Source: Chitinophagales bacterium (GTDB taxonomy: Bacteria > Bacillota > Syntrophomonadia > Syntrophomonadales > DTU052). Taken from it: DNA of 64,000 nucleotides. The translations under genes and the position numbers were made by a program. Numbering within the stretch: the first letter of the stretch is position 1; each line of letters begins with the position of its first letter. The notes beneath the pieces are model-generated. The model made no database searches. It was not told the origin of the DNA and saw nothing but the letters and a program-made list of their open reading frames with translations. Shown here piece by piece: positions 9,311 through 19,715 of this stretch. The DNA lies in the NCBI GenBank assembly GCA_050259035.1, contig JBLMZW010000188.1:58886-122885 (forward strand), given 5' to 3'.

Positions 9311-11377
9311 TTGGGTACGTTTACAGAGAGGATGAATCAAATTGCGAGTCATATAGACATCGTCATATCCGTGGCAATTGTAGCTGTGGTATTGATGATG
9401 ATTGTTCCCGTACCCAAACAATTACTGGATATTTGTCTAACGTTTAATATTAGTTTCGCCTTAATAATACTTCTGGTATCAATGTTCACCCTAAACCCGT
9501 TAGAATTTTCAGTTTTTCCTTCGTTGTTGCTGGTAACCACCTTATTAAGATTATCAATGAATATTTCCGCTACCAAGCTGATTTTAGGTGAGGCCAATGC
9601 CGGGGAAGTTATTCATGCTTTTGGCAGTTTTGTTGCCGGAGGTAATATGGTAGTTGGGTTTGTTATCTTTCTGATTCTGGTAGTAATTCAGTTCATAGTA
9701 ATTACCAAGGGTGCGGAAAGGGTATCGGAGGTTGCGGCGCGTTTTACACTGGATGCGATGCCTGGTAAACAGATGGCCATTGATGCCGATTTGAATTCAG
9801 GGTTGATTGACGAAGCTGATGCGAGGCAAAGAAGACTTGATATTCAACGAGAAGCTGACTTTTACGGTGCTATGGACGGTGCCAGCAAGTTTGTTAAGGG
9901 TGATGCCATAGCCGGTATTATTATTATCATAATTAATATTCTTGGTGGATTAATTATTGGTATGGTTCAAAAGGGATTTTCGTTTACTGAGGCGGCACAA
10001 CGGTATACCATTCTTACGGTTGGTGATGGTCTCGTTACACAGATACCAGCTTTATTAATATCAACGGCTGTTGGCATAGTGGTGACCCGGTCAGCTTCTA
10101 ATTCTAATCTGGGTAAAGAGATTACCAGTCAATTAACCGCTCAACCCAAGGTTTTGGCAATTGCAGCAGCAGTACTAGTGCTTTTGGGAATAATCGGTAT
10201 GCCTCCCGTGCCTATGTTTACGATGGCAGGTCTATTCGGCGGCCTTTACCTGATTTCAAGAAGAATGTCAGGCTCTACTACAACAGATGAGACCTTGGCA
10301 CCAGAAGCGGAAGAGGTTCAGGAGATCAAGAAACCTGAAAACGTTATGGAGCTTCTAAATGTTGAAAAAATGGAAATGGAATTAGGTTATAGCTTGATCC
10401 CTCTAGTGGATAATGAACAGGGAGGGGATCTGCTGGATCGAATTGTAATGCTAAGAAGGCAATGTGCCGTTGACCTGGGTTTTATAGTACCTCCTATTAG
10501 AATTCGAGATAATATGCAGCTCAAACCAAATTCATATTCTATAAAGATAAAGGGATTAGAGGTTAGTCGGGGAGAATTGATCCTTGATAACTACCTGGCG
10601 ATGGGGCCGGGAATTGAAGAAGATTACGAATTAACTGGCATCGATACGGTTGAGCCTGCGTTCAACTTACCGGCCAGATGGATTGATACCGAGGAACGTG
10701 AAAGGGCAGAACTGAATGGATACACGGTTGTGGATCCACCTTCAGTTGTGGCTACGCATCTAACACAGGTAATTCGTAGTCATGCCCATGAACTGCTGGG
10801 TCGGCAGGATGTACAAAACATGATTAATTATGTGAAGGAACAAAGTCCGGCCGTGGTGGAAGAGCTTGTACCAGATCTAATGTCCCTGGGAGACGTGCAG
10901 AAAATCTTAATTAATCTTTTGAAGGAACAAGTTCCTATAAGGGATATGGTTACTATACTGGAGTCCCTCGCGGATTATGCCCGGCTAACTAGAGACACCG
11001 ATGTACTTACGGAATATGTTCGCCAGGGATTAAAAAGACATATAGCTCGGATGTATGCTGGTGAGACTGGTAGAATAGCCGTTATTTCTCTTGATCCAAG
11101 CTTGGAGGAATATCTACGTGAGTCGGTACAGCAGAGCGATTTTGGGTCTTACCTGGCCTTAGACCCGGAAAAAGCACAAGGACTAATGAGAAAGATTAGC
11201 AAATTGGCTGAAGATATGGTACACCGGGGGCAAAACCCAGTAGTGGTATGTGCACCGGTATTAAGGATTTATTTTCGTAAATTGGTGGAGAAGTTCGTAC
11301 CCAATATTATAGTACTCTCCTACAACGAGATCGATTCCGATGTTGACGTCGATATAGTGGGGATGGTTACTATATGA
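9311..11377 (+). CDS. flhA: Flagellar export gate protein FlhA
   Basis: 688 aa with the motif FIVITKGAERVSEVAARFTLDAMPGKQMAIDADLNSGLI. The start could be TTG 9311 or ATG 9335. Confidence 0.9.
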   Translation: MGTFTERMNQIASHIDIVISVAIVAVVLMMIVPVPKQLLDICLTFNISFALIILLVSMFTLNPLEFSVFPSLLLVTTLLRLSMNISATKLILGEANAGEVIHAFGSFVAGGNMVVGFVIFLILVVIQFIVITKGAERVSEVAARFTLDAMPGKQMAIDADLNSGLIDEADARQRRLDIQREADFYGAMDGASKFVKGDAIAGIIIIIINILGGLIIGMVQKGFSFTEAAQRYTILTVGDGLVTQIPALLISTAVGIVVTRSASNSNLGKEITSQLTAQPKVLAIAAAVLVLLGIIGMPPVPMFTMAGLFGGLYLISRRMSGSTTTDETLAPEAEEVQEIKKPENVMELLNVEKMEMELGYSLIPLVDNEQGGDLLDRIVMLRRQCAVDLGFIVPPIRIRDNMQLKPNSYSIKIKGLEVSRGELILDNYLAMGPGIEEDYELTGIDTVEPAFNLPARWIDTEERERAELNGYTVVDPPSVVATHLTQVIRSHAHELLGRQDVQNMINYVKEQSPAVVEELVPDLMSLGDVQKILINLLKEQVPIRDMVTILESLADYARLTRDTDVLTEYVRQGLKRHIARMYAGETGRIAVISLDPSLEEYLRESVQQSDFGSYLALDPEKAQGLMRKISKLAEDMVHRGQNPVVVCAPVLRIYFRKLVEKFVPNIIVLSYNEIDSDVDVDIVGMVTI

Positions 11378-12564
11378 AGATTAAAAGGTATGTTGGCAAT
11401 TCCTTTCAGGAAGCTATGGCTAAAGCAAAACAAGAGATGGGAAAAGATGCCATCATTCTTTATAGTCGAAAGTTTAAAGAGGGCGGCTTTATGGGGCTGT
11501 TTGGCCGGTTGCGCTTTGAAATAACTGTTGCGGTAGATGAAGAGGCTCGTACCACACTTGATGTTCGATCTATCAGTCAGAATTTTGAAAAGGAAAATGT
11601 TAATGGGGTAGGGGTGCCTTCGGAAACGGCAGTAGTGAAAGAGGCTACTGAATATGCCGAAGTGGCTTCAGCTATACATGACTCGTTGCTGGACGAGATA
11701 CGGTCAGTTAAAGATATGATGGAAGACTTGCAGCAAAAAGTGGGGGATAAAGAGAAAAATAAGGTATCCAGCCGCAGTGGCCTTACTCTTCTAAAGGTTT
11801 TGGAATCCAATCAGGTGGATGAAAAACTGGCCATGCGTATAATCAAGATAGTCGAGCAGGAAATGGAAAAAGAAAGCTGCAAGGAAATGACCTTTGCTCG
11901 TGAGGTAGGTCTACAGGTAGTGTCTGACCTGATAAAGAAACCAAAACCAATAGAGATCAGAGGTAAACGGGCACGTGTGGTTGTTTTAGTTGGGCCAACC
12001 GGTGTAGGCAAGACTACTACTATTGCTAAACTGGCTGCTAATTTTACTTTATTGGAGAAGAAAAAGGTTGCTTTGATCACCATCGATACATATCGCATTG
12101 CAGCCGTTGAACAACTAAAAACTTACGCTGAGATAATTGGCATACCTTTAGAAATCGTTTTTAATCCGGATGACTTTAAGAACGGAGTAAAGAAACTTAA
12201 AAATAGCGATCTCATATTAGTAGATACTGCTGGTAGAAATCCAAGAAATGATGAACAAGTTGTTGAACTTAACAGGTTCATGGAAACCGTGAATCCAGAT
12301 GAAATAATTTTAGTATTAAGCGCGGCTACCCGAACGGAAGATTTGTTAGAAGCTTATCGGCGTTTTAGCTCGGGAAGAATCGATAAAATAATATTTACCA
12401 AATTGGACGAAACCGGAACCTATGGCCAGATTCTAACTGTTCTTCAGAAGACCAGGAGCCAATTATCCTATGTTACAAATGGACAAAATGTCCCGGATGA
12501 TATTGAAATACCCGACCAATTTAAACTGGCAAGACAAATACTAGGAGATGACCGGGTATTATGA
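11374..12564 (+). CDS. flhF: Flagellar SRP-type GTPase FlhF
   Basis: ATGA overlap with flhA. It has the GTPase motifs GPTGVGKTTT, DTAGR and TKLDE. Confidence 0.85.
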   Translation: MKIKRYVGNSFQEAMAKAKQEMGKDAIILYSRKFKEGGFMGLFGRLRFEITVAVDEEARTTLDVRSISQNFEKENVNGVGVPSETAVVKEATEYAEVASAIHDSLLDEIRSVKDMMEDLQQKVGDKEKNKVSSRSGLTLLKVLESNQVDEKLAMRIIKIVEQEMEKESCKEMTFAREVGLQVVSDLIKKPKPIEIRGKRARVVVLVGPTGVGKTTTIAKLAANFTLLEKKKVALITIDTYRIAAVEQLKTYAEIIGIPLEIVFNPDDFKNGVKKLKNSDLILVDTAGRNPRNDEQVVELNRFMETVNPDEIILVLSAATRTEDLLEAYRRFSSGRIDKIIFTKLDETGTYGQILTVLQKTRSQLSYVTNGQNVPDDIEIPDQFKLARQILGDDRVL

Positions 12565-13457
12565 AGGATCAAGCAGATAAACTTCGAAACATGGCTAACA
12601 ACTTAAAAAATAAAATCGAGGCTGACATTTCCACCGGGTTTAAGCATGCACGGGTTATCGTTATTACCAGTGGCAAAGGAGGGGTTGGCAAAACAAATAT
12701 TGCCATTAACCTCTCAATAATTATGTCACAAATGGGATGTAGAGTGATATTGATGGATGCCGACATGGGCCTGGCCAACGTAGATATTGTTCTAGGAATA
12801 TCACCTCGTCATAACCTGTATCACGTTTTAAAGAAAGAAAAGGAAATAAAAGATATTATAATATCCGGTCCCAATGGTGTTCGAATAGTCCCGGGAGGAT
12901 CCGGTATAGTTGAACTGGCCAACCTTCCAGAAAAGGACATTAAAAGTGCGGTAACCGAATTAGGTAAGCTTGACTTGGAATGTGAGTATTTGATTATCGA
13001 TACCGGTGCGGGCCTCTCCAATAACGTTATGAGTTTTGTGGTGGAGGCAAATGAAATCATTGTGGTAACAACTCCCGAACCTACAGCGCTAACAGACGCT
13101 TACGGTATTATCAAAGCAGCTTCAGCAAGAGAGGCTAAGGGGAAAATTTTTGTAATTGTCAATCGTGCGGCCAGCGAAGCCGAAGGTGTTTTGGTGGGAC
13201 AGAAATTGAAATCAATAGCTAACAAGTTCCTGGATGTAGATGTTGACGTATTAGGTCATATAATAGATGATCGATCAGTGGAAGAATCAGTGAGACGCCA
13301 GGAACCATTCGTGTTACGTTTTCCAAATAGTGGCGCTACCAAAGACTTGAAAATTATTTCCAGACGAATTTGCGAAATAACTTTTAATGATACAAGCGCA
13401 AGGCCGGCTGGGCTCAGGTCATTTTTCAAGAATCTGGTTACAAACTTGTGGAAATGA
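12561..13457 (+). CDS. flhG: MinD/ParA-type ATPase FlhG (YlxH)
   Basis: ATGA overlap with flhF and a deviant Walker A motif, SGKGGVGKT. Confidence 0.85.
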   Translation: MKDQADKLRNMANNLKNKIEADISTGFKHARVIVITSGKGGVGKTNIAINLSIIMSQMGCRVILMDADMGLANVDIVLGISPRHNLYHVLKKEKEIKDIIISGPNGVRIVPGGSGIVELANLPEKDIKSAVTELGKLDLECEYLIIDTGAGLSNNVMSFVVEANEIIVVTTPEPTALTDAYGIIKAASAREAKGKIFVIVNRAASEAEGVLVGQKLKSIANKFLDVDVDVLGHIIDDRSVEESVRRQEPFVLRFPNSGATKDLKIISRRICEITFNDTSARPAGLRSFFKNLVTNLWK

Positions 13458-13482
13458 ACCATATTTAAAGCAATTTATTTTT

Positions 13483-13509
13483 TAAGTCATTTTTACGAAT
13501 ACCGAAAAG
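13483..13509 (+). promoter_or_regulatory. Candidate sigma-28 (SigD/FliA)-type promoter: TAAG-N15-CCGAAAAG
   Basis: It lies in the only real gap of the fla/che operon (71 nt). It resembles the TAAA-N15-GCCGATAA consensus, with mismatches in the -10 element. Confidence 0.25.
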
Positions 13510-13528
13510 TTTTAGTGAGGTATTTTTA

Positions 13529-14173
13529 ATGGAAATATTGAAAGAAAACACCTTGCTTGAATTAGAAGCACCCGGTTCTTTCCCACGCAGAGGAAGGTTT
13601 AATAGCCGGGTGGAAGAATTGCGACTCAATACGCTTTTGATTGCGGTACCTATTCATTCAGGGGCTTTAGTTCCTCTTAGGCTAGGTGAAGGATTAAACA
13701 TCTATTTTGTTTCTAATCAATGCGCCTATACATTTTCAACGCATATACTAGGCAGGAGTATTGAACCCTTACCAATACTGGAGATAAAACGTCCATTAGA
13801 ATATACCAAGATACAACGGCGAAATTATGTTCGGTTGCCGTTAAGTATGAACTTACAGTTTGTTCGTTTTATTGATGAAGAAGCAATGATGACCGAAGGC
13901 AGAACTATAGATTTAAGTGGGGGCGGTCTCCAATTTCAAACGAAAGTTAACCTTACACCAGAGGAATTTATAGAACTTAGGTTGAATTTATCAAATAAGG
14001 TCACTGTCGTTAATAAGGCTAAAGTTGTAAGGGTGTTTCCCAAAGCAATTAATAACGAAGTATGGCAATTAGTCGCTGTTCAATATATAGACCTGAAAGA
14101 AAGCCAAAGAGAAATGATTATAAAATATATTTTTGATCAGCAACGTGAATTAATTAAAAAAGGGTTACTGTAA
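13529..14173 (+). CDS. PilZ-domain (YcgR/MotI-like) c-di-GMP receptor
   Basis: Contains the PilZ signatures RxxxR (QRRNYVRLPL) and D/NxSxxG (IDLSGGGLQF). The 214-aa size matches two-domain flagellar brake proteins. Confidence 0.75.
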   Translation: MEILKENTLLELEAPGSFPRRGRFNSRVEELRLNTLLIAVPIHSGALVPLRLGEGLNIYFVSNQCAYTFSTHILGRSIEPLPILEIKRPLEYTKIQRRNYVRLPLSMNLQFVRFIDEEAMMTEGRTIDLSGGGLQFQTKVNLTPEEFIELRLNLSNKVTVVNKAKVVRVFPKAINNEVWQLVAVQYIDLKESQREMIIKYIFDQQRELIKKGLL

Positions 14174-14193
14174 TCATGAAGGGTAGGATCCAA

Positions 14194-15276
14194 ATGAGCA
14201 GAATCAGAGTACTTGTAGTGGATGATTCGGCATTTATGAGAAAAGTGATAAGTGATATAATATCACGCCAATTGGATATGGAAGTAGTTGGTACTGCCAG
14301 TAACGGAATGGAAGCCTTGGATGCCATAAAAGAGATCAAACCAGACGTCGTTACCATGGATGTAGAAATGCCAGTTCTAAATGGTCTTGAGGCTTTGCCG
14401 GTGATAATGAAAGAAGAACCTCTGCCCGTAATTATGTTAAGTCGTTTAACTCAAAGCGGGGCCGATGCAACTCTTAAAGCTTTGCAGGAAGGCGCTTTTG
14501 ATTTTGTACCCAAGCCTTCCGGATCTAATTCTCTTGATATTAACATGGTGGCCACTGAACTCGTCGGTAAGATCAGGGCCGCTGCAGGTACAGGCAGGAA
14601 GCTGCAAATGCTTGCATGGCCGCAAAGGAAAGATAGGGTAGTACCTCCTGTAAAAAAAGCAGCAGTAAGCAGTAAACTCGAACGGATAGTGTTAATCGGA
14701 ACATCAACCGGTGGCCCTCGAGCATTATATGAAGTGATACCGCAATTACCAGGAGATTTAGCTGCAGCTGTTTTGGTAGTTCAACATATGCCGCCCGGCT
14801 TTACCAAGTCCCTAGCCGAAAGATTGAATTCAGTGTCCAGTCTGACTGTTAAAGAGGCCGAAAATGGAGAGCAAATAAAGCCGAGCTATGTATATATTGC
14901 ACCGGGTGATTATCATATGAAAGTAAAGCGTGCAGTCGTGGCTTCCACCAATAATCTTAATATTAACCTTACTCAGGAAAAGGCTGTTTCAGGACACAGA
15001 CCCTCGGTGGACGTTATGATAGAGTCTGTAGTCAGTGAATTCTGGTCACATATGGTTGGTGTTATTATGACCGGTATGGGTCAGGATGGAGCCAGGGGGG
15101 TGATGGGCATAAAATCAAAAGGAGGAAAGGTTATTGCCCAAGATCAAGGGACATGTATAGTTTATGGAATGCCTAAAGCGGTTGTCCAGGCGGGTAATGC
15201 GGATGCGGTAGTTGGGTTGGGACAAATCGCCAAAGAGATAGTATATTTCTTAAAGCCAGGGGGTGATTTATTATGA
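14194..15276 (+). CDS. cheB: Chemotaxis methylesterase CheB
   Basis: Receiver domain (IRVLVVDDSAFMRK ... VTMDVEMP) plus an esterase domain (GTSTGGPRAL, HRPSVD, MTGMGQDG). ATG 14194 has a better RBS than the ORF-track start at 14176. Confidence 0.9.
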   Translation: MSRIRVLVVDDSAFMRKVISDIISRQLDMEVVGTASNGMEALDAIKEIKPDVVTMDVEMPVLNGLEALPVIMKEEPLPVIMLSRLTQSGADATLKALQEGAFDFVPKPSGSNSLDINMVATELVGKIRAAAGTGRKLQMLAWPQRKDRVVPPVKKAAVSSKLERIVLIGTSTGGPRALYEVIPQLPGDLAAAVLVVQHMPPGFTKSLAERLNSVSSLTVKEAENGEQIKPSYVYIAPGDYHMKVKRAVVASTNNLNINLTQEKAVSGHRPSVDVMIESVVSEFWSHMVGVIMTGMGQDGARGVMGIKSKGGKVIAQDQGTCIVYGMPKAVVQAGNADAVVGLGQIAKEIVYFLKPGGDLL

Positions 15277-17339
15277 GTATGGATATGTCACAATATCTAG
15301 ATGTTTTCCTTGAGGAAAGCAAAGAGCATCTTGGCAACCTAAATCAAAGGCTATTAGAATTAGAAAAATCACCGGGTGACATTCCAAGTTTGAATGAAAT
15401 ATTCCGGGCAGCTCATACCCTTAAAGGTATGTCATCAACCATGGGTTTCGAGAGTATGGCCGATTTTACTCACCATATGGAAAATGTATTGGCCGAACTT
15501 AAGGAAGGAAATATCCTTGTAAATACAAGTGTGGTTGATACTCTTTTTCAATGTCTTGATAGATTACAAGCCATGGTTGATAGTATTCAAAAAGGCGAAT
15601 CTATACATATGGACAACAACGATATAATTCAGGTGCTAGAGAAAATTAGAACTGGAGAATATCGCGGACAAACTGCTTTAGCTGCGTCCTTAGATTCATC
15701 CCTGCCTGAAACCGTTGAAATAGAGGAGACTGGAGTCGCTGGTGGAATAGACTCTCTAATGGTTTTTAATGACTATGATCTTACTGTTATCCGCGAAGCA
15801 ACTGAGCGGGGATTCGGTGTATATTTTTTAAACGTAATGGTTGATCCTGGATGCCTAATGAAAGCTGTAAGAGTTTTTATGGTCTTCAAGGCTATGGAAG
15901 AAGACGGTGAAATAATAAAAACCGATCCCCCGGCACAGGATCTGGATGAAGGTAAGTTTGAAAATGATTTTAATATGATTTTAATTACAACTTCAAACGA
16001 AGATGTAATAAGGAAGAAGCTAGACGGAATATCAGAAATCAGGACCGGCTTGATACAAAGATTAAGTGTTCAGGATCTTGAGAAGAATGCAATTGAAATG
16101 GCCCAGCAGATTGCTGATGCCAGAAATGATCAAGCTGTAAATAATCAAAGTTCGAAAACAGAAATTACAACCGAATCAACACGCGGCCATCGGGTTAAAC
16201 AAACAGTCAGAGTTGATATTGAGAAGCTTGATAACCTTATGAATTTGGTTGGGGAACTGGTTATTAATAAAGGCAGGTTAGAACAAATTGGTTCTATTCG
16301 TAAGGTTCAAGAATTAAATGAAACTATTGAACAAATGGAAAGGATAACCGATGACCTTCAAAATGTTGTAATGAAGGTTAGAATGGTGCCTATTGAACAG
16401 GTATTTAACCGTTTTCCTCGCATGGTTAGGGATTTGGCGAAAGATTTAGGCAAGGAAATAGAATTCCTAATTGAAGGAAAGGACACTGAGCTCGACCGAA
16501 CCGTTATCGACGAAATCGGAGATCCACTGGTACATTTGCTAAGAAACGCGGTGGACCATGGAATAGAAGAGCCCGGGATTAGAATACAACAAGGTAAAAA
16601 TCCCACTGGTTTAGTAAAATTACTGGCTAGACACGAAGGTAACAATGTTTTTATTGAGGTTGAGGACGATGGAATGGGAATCGACCTCGAAATCGTATAT
16701 AAGAAAGCTTTGGAGAAAGGAATTTTGGTTGGGAAAGAGTCTCAAAACTTGACGGACGAAGAAGTTGTCCAGTTGTTGTTTGAATCGGGTTTTAGCACGG
16801 CCGAAAACGTCACCGATATTTCAGGTCGTGGCGTTGGTTTGGATGTGGTTAAGAACAAGATTGAAAGCCTGAATGGTGATATTGTTATTAATAGTATTAA
16901 AGGGAAGGGGACAACTTTTAAAATCAGATTACCCTTAACGTTGGCGATTATTCAGGCATTATTAGTTAAGGTCGGTCCCGAAATATATGCAATTCCATTA
17001 ACGTCAGTTGACGAAACAACCATGATAGAAAAGCAGGACATAAAGATGGTTCAGTCGCAAGAAGTTATCCTCCTGAGAGGCAATGTGTTACCCCTGGCAA
17101 GAGCAAGGACGTTGTTAGAAGTACTTGAGTCGGCACAAGATGATGAATCCATGTATGTGGTAGTGGTTCGAAGGGGCGGAAAACAACTGGGGTTGATAGT
17201 TGACGCCCTGATTGGACAACAGGAAATAGTTATCAAAAGTCTCGGAAAGCTTTTATTAGGCGTACATGGTATTGCCGGAGCTACGATTCTGGGGGATGGG
17301 GGGGTAGCTCTTATTCTAGACGTGGGGACATTGCTATGA
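15273..17339 (+). CDS. cheA: Chemotaxis histidine kinase CheA
   Basis: ATGA overlap with cheB. It has the P1 His box AAHTLKGMSSTMG, the ATP-binding boxes DDGMGID and GRGVGLDVV, and a C-terminal CheW-like P5 domain. Confidence 0.9.
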   Translation: MSMDMSQYLDVFLEESKEHLGNLNQRLLELEKSPGDIPSLNEIFRAAHTLKGMSSTMGFESMADFTHHMENVLAELKEGNILVNTSVVDTLFQCLDRLQAMVDSIQKGESIHMDNNDIIQVLEKIRTGEYRGQTALAASLDSSLPETVEIEETGVAGGIDSLMVFNDYDLTVIREATERGFGVYFLNVMVDPGCLMKAVRVFMVFKAMEEDGEIIKTDPPAQDLDEGKFENDFNMILITTSNEDVIRKKLDGISEIRTGLIQRLSVQDLEKNAIEMAQQIADARNDQAVNNQSSKTEITTESTRGHRVKQTVRVDIEKLDNLMNLVGELVINKGRLEQIGSIRKVQELNETIEQMERITDDLQNVVMKVRMVPIEQVFNRFPRMVRDLAKDLGKEIEFLIEGKDTELDRTVIDEIGDPLVHLLRNAVDHGIEEPGIRIQQGKNPTGLVKLLARHEGNNVFIEVEDDGMGIDLEIVYKKALEKGILVGKESQNLTDEEVVQLLFESGFSTAENVTDISGRGVGLDVVKNKIESLNGDIVINSIKGKGTTFKIRLPLTLAIIQALLVKVGPEIYAIPLTSVDETTMIEKQDIKMVQSQEVILLRGNVLPLARARTLLEVLESAQDDESMYVVVVRRGGKQLGLIVDALIGQQEIVIKSLGKLLLGVHGIAGATILGDGGVALILDVGTLL

Positions 17340-17354
17340 TAGGGAGGAAATCAT

Positions 17355-17801
17355 ATGAAAGCCTTTGAAACGCTAGAAGACGAAATACAAGTAGTTGCGT
17401 TTAAACTCGGAAACGAGGAATATGGAATAGATATTCTGGCAGTACAAGAAATCATTAAAGTGTTAAATATTACCAGAGTTCCTCGAGCAGGCCAGTTTAT
17501 AGAAGGCGTTATTAACTTAAGGGGAAATGTGATTCCAGTTTTCAGCTTACATAACAAGTTTAAGCTGATACCTACCGGAAAACCGGACGAAGCACGAATT
17601 ATTGTGTTTGAATTCGATGAAATTAAAGGTGGAATTAGAGTAGACGGTGTATCCGAAGTTATAAGAATTAATTCCAGTAGTATAGAAGATACAAGCAGTG
17701 TATACGGTTCTTTGGATTCAGATTTTATAAACGGGGTTGCAAAGATTAATGGTAGATTATTAATTCTGCTCAACCTAAAAAAACTACTGGGAATAGATTA
17801 G
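17355..17801 (+). CDS. cheW: Chemotaxis coupling protein CheW
   Basis: 148 aa. The sequence FKLGNEEYGIDILAVQEIIKV ... INLRGNVIPVFSL is a typical CheW domain. Confidence 0.9.
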   Translation: MKAFETLEDEIQVVAFKLGNEEYGIDILAVQEIIKVLNITRVPRAGQFIEGVINLRGNVIPVFSLHNKFKLIPTGKPDEARIIVFEFDEIKGGIRVDGVSEVIRINSSSIEDTSSVYGSLDSDFINGVAKINGRLLILLNLKKLLGID

Positions 17802-17819
17802 CGATTGAGGAGTTTTAAA

Positions 17820-18440
17820 ATGATTTTAGATTTTAGCGAATTATCAGGTTTACAGCTAGATGCTTTACGTGAGATAGGAAACATTGGTGCAGGCAACGCA
17901 GCAACAGCTTTAGCTGTAATGGTGAATAGCAAAATTGATATGACTGTGCCTCAGGTTAGTATCCTTCCTTTTGATGAAGTTGCGTCGACGCTGGGCGGTG
18001 CGGATACATTGGTTGTAGGTATATATTTGCAGGTGACTGGATCAGCAAATGCCAAAATAGTGTTTTTATTACCGCTAGATAAAGCCATGGCCCTTGCTGA
18101 TATGCTAATGGGAAGGCTCGCGGGGTCCACTGGTGAATTAGGCGAAATAGAAATGTCGGCCATGGCCGAAGTTGGTAATATTATATCTGGTACATATCTG
18201 AATGCCCTGGCTATGTTCACTCAACTAAAACTAATTCCATCGGTTCCGGCGATGGCGGTTGACATGACCGGTGCTCTAATAGATAGCATTCTTGCACAGT
18301 TCGGTGAAATCGGGGATTATGTCCTGGTTCTAGAGACTCAGTTTAAAAAAGAGCAACAGGATGTAGTTGGTCATTTCCTCTTATTACCCGAACCTGGTGC
18401 ACTTGATATGATCTTAACATCGCTTGGGGTGAACTTTTAA
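17820..18440 (+). CDS. cheC: CheY-P phosphatase CheC
   Basis: Two CheC repeats (LDALREIGNIGAGNAATAL and MAEVGNIISGTYLNAL). GAGGAG lies 6 nt before ATG 17820. Confidence 0.8.
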   Translation: MILDFSELSGLQLDALREIGNIGAGNAATALAVMVNSKIDMTVPQVSILPFDEVASTLGGADTLVVGIYLQVTGSANAKIVFLLPLDKAMALADMLMGRLAGSTGELGEIEMSAMAEVGNIISGTYLNALAMFTQLKLIPSVPAMAVDMTGALIDSILAQFGEIGDYVLVLETQFKKEQQDVVGHFLLLPEPGALDMILTSLGVNF

Positions 18441-18925
18441 TGTCCAAAATTATACAGGTTGGAATGGCGGATTTAAAGGTTGCGTCAGTTCCCGACAAGT
18501 TGATGACAGCCGGGTTAGGTTCCTGTGTGGGGATCTGCCTCCATGATAAAGCAAACCGTATTGGGGGACTTGCCCATATTATGCTTCCCTCCAGCCTGCA
18601 GGCGCGCTCGACTCAAAACAAGGCAAAATTTGCCGATACAGCCTTGGATGTCTTAATAAGCGAAATGGAGAAATTGGGATCATTGTCAGCAAGGTTAACC
18701 GCAAAAATTGCCGGAGGAGCTCAGATGTTCAATTTTTCTGGTGACAGTGATATCATGAAAATTGGCGAGAGAAATGCTCGAGCTGTTGAGGAAGCCTTAA
18801 AACGGCTTAATATTAAACTGATTGCTAACGATACTGGTGGAACCTATGGGAGAACCATAGTGTTTGATCCGGAAAATGGCGAATTGTTGGTAAAGACCAT
18901 AGGACACGGGGAGAGAATCATTTGA
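18440..18925 (+). CDS. cheD: Chemoreceptor glutamine deamidase CheD
   Basis: Active-site region GLGSCVGICL, a length of 161 aa, and a position after cheC. Confidence 0.85.
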   Translation: MSKIIQVGMADLKVASVPDKLMTAGLGSCVGICLHDKANRIGGLAHIMLPSSLQARSTQNKAKFADTALDVLISEMEKLGSLSARLTAKIAGGAQMFNFSGDSDIMKIGERNARAVEEALKRLNIKLIANDTGGTYGRTIVFDPENGELLVKTIGHGERII

Positions 18926-19701
18926 AGAAGGCGGCGGAATTAGCTTCGCTCTGGCAAAAATACAAAGAAGATATGGACCAGGCCGCGAGGGAAGAACTGA
19001 TTGTTCACTATATTTATTTAGTCAAATATGTTGCGCATCGATTAGCAATCAATCTTTCTACCATGGTTGAACTTGACGAATTGATTTCTTGTGGAATTGA
19101 GGGCCTAATTGATGCAGTCGAAAGGTTTGATCATACTAGGAAGGTTAAATTTGAAACATATGCTAATGCGCGGATTAGAGGTTCAATGATAGATGGTCTT
19201 AGGGCTATGGATTGGGTTCCAGTGTCAGTTCGACAAAAAAGTAAGGATCTTGAGAAGGCCTACAGCCTGGTTGAATCGGAATTAGGGAGGGCGGCTACTG
19301 ACGAAGAAATGGCTGAAGCTCTCGGCATGGGTGTAGAGCGATTCAGAATACTATTAAATGAAGTCAGTATTACTACGATAGTATATTTAGAGGATTTTAT
19401 TCCCGGTGAGGAAGAAGGAGAAAAAAACAAACGGGTTGTAGATCTTCTAAAAGATGATAATGCCGATAATGCTATAGAGTTGGTTGGATTAGCTGAGACC
19501 AAAGCTATTTTAGCTGAGGCCATTAGCAAATTGCCAGAAAAGGAGACCAAAGTAATTTACCTTTATTATTATGAAGAACTGACATTGAAGGAAATAGGCG
19601 AAGTTATGGGACTTTCTGAGTCCAGGATTTCTCAACTACACACCAAGGCAGTGCTCAGAATGAGAGGAAGATTGAGTCGCAGAAAAAATATGATGCTATA
19701 A
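18922..19701 (+). CDS. sigD: Flagellar sigma factor SigD/FliA (sigma-28)
   Basis: TTGA overlap with cheD. It has sigma-70 regions 2-4, including the region 4 HTH LTLKEIGEVMGLSESRISQLHTKAV. Confidence 0.9.
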   Translation: MKKAAELASLWQKYKEDMDQAAREELIVHYIYLVKYVAHRLAINLSTMVELDELISCGIEGLIDAVERFDHTRKVKFETYANARIRGSMIDGLRAMDWVPVSVRQKSKDLEKAYSLVESELGRAATDEEMAEALGMGVERFRILLNEVSITTIVYLEDFIPGEEEGEKNKRVVDLLKDDNADNAIELVGLAETKAILAEAISKLPEKETKVIYLYYYEELTLKEIGEVMGLSESRISQLHTKAVLRMRGRLSRRKNMML

Positions 19702-19715
19702 GGGGGGGAGTATCG

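Noticed and set aside
17351-17773. 140-aa ORF antisense to almost all of cheW. There are similar long antisense ORFs at 63480-63956 (rnj), 45127-45591 (infB), 42215-42640 (nusA) and 8391-8798 (flhB).
   Set aside because: Their composition is S/L/I/T-rich and low-complexity. They have no RBS, and each exactly shadows a well-supported sense gene. They are typical frame -1/-3 shadow ORFs in AT-leaning coding DNA.
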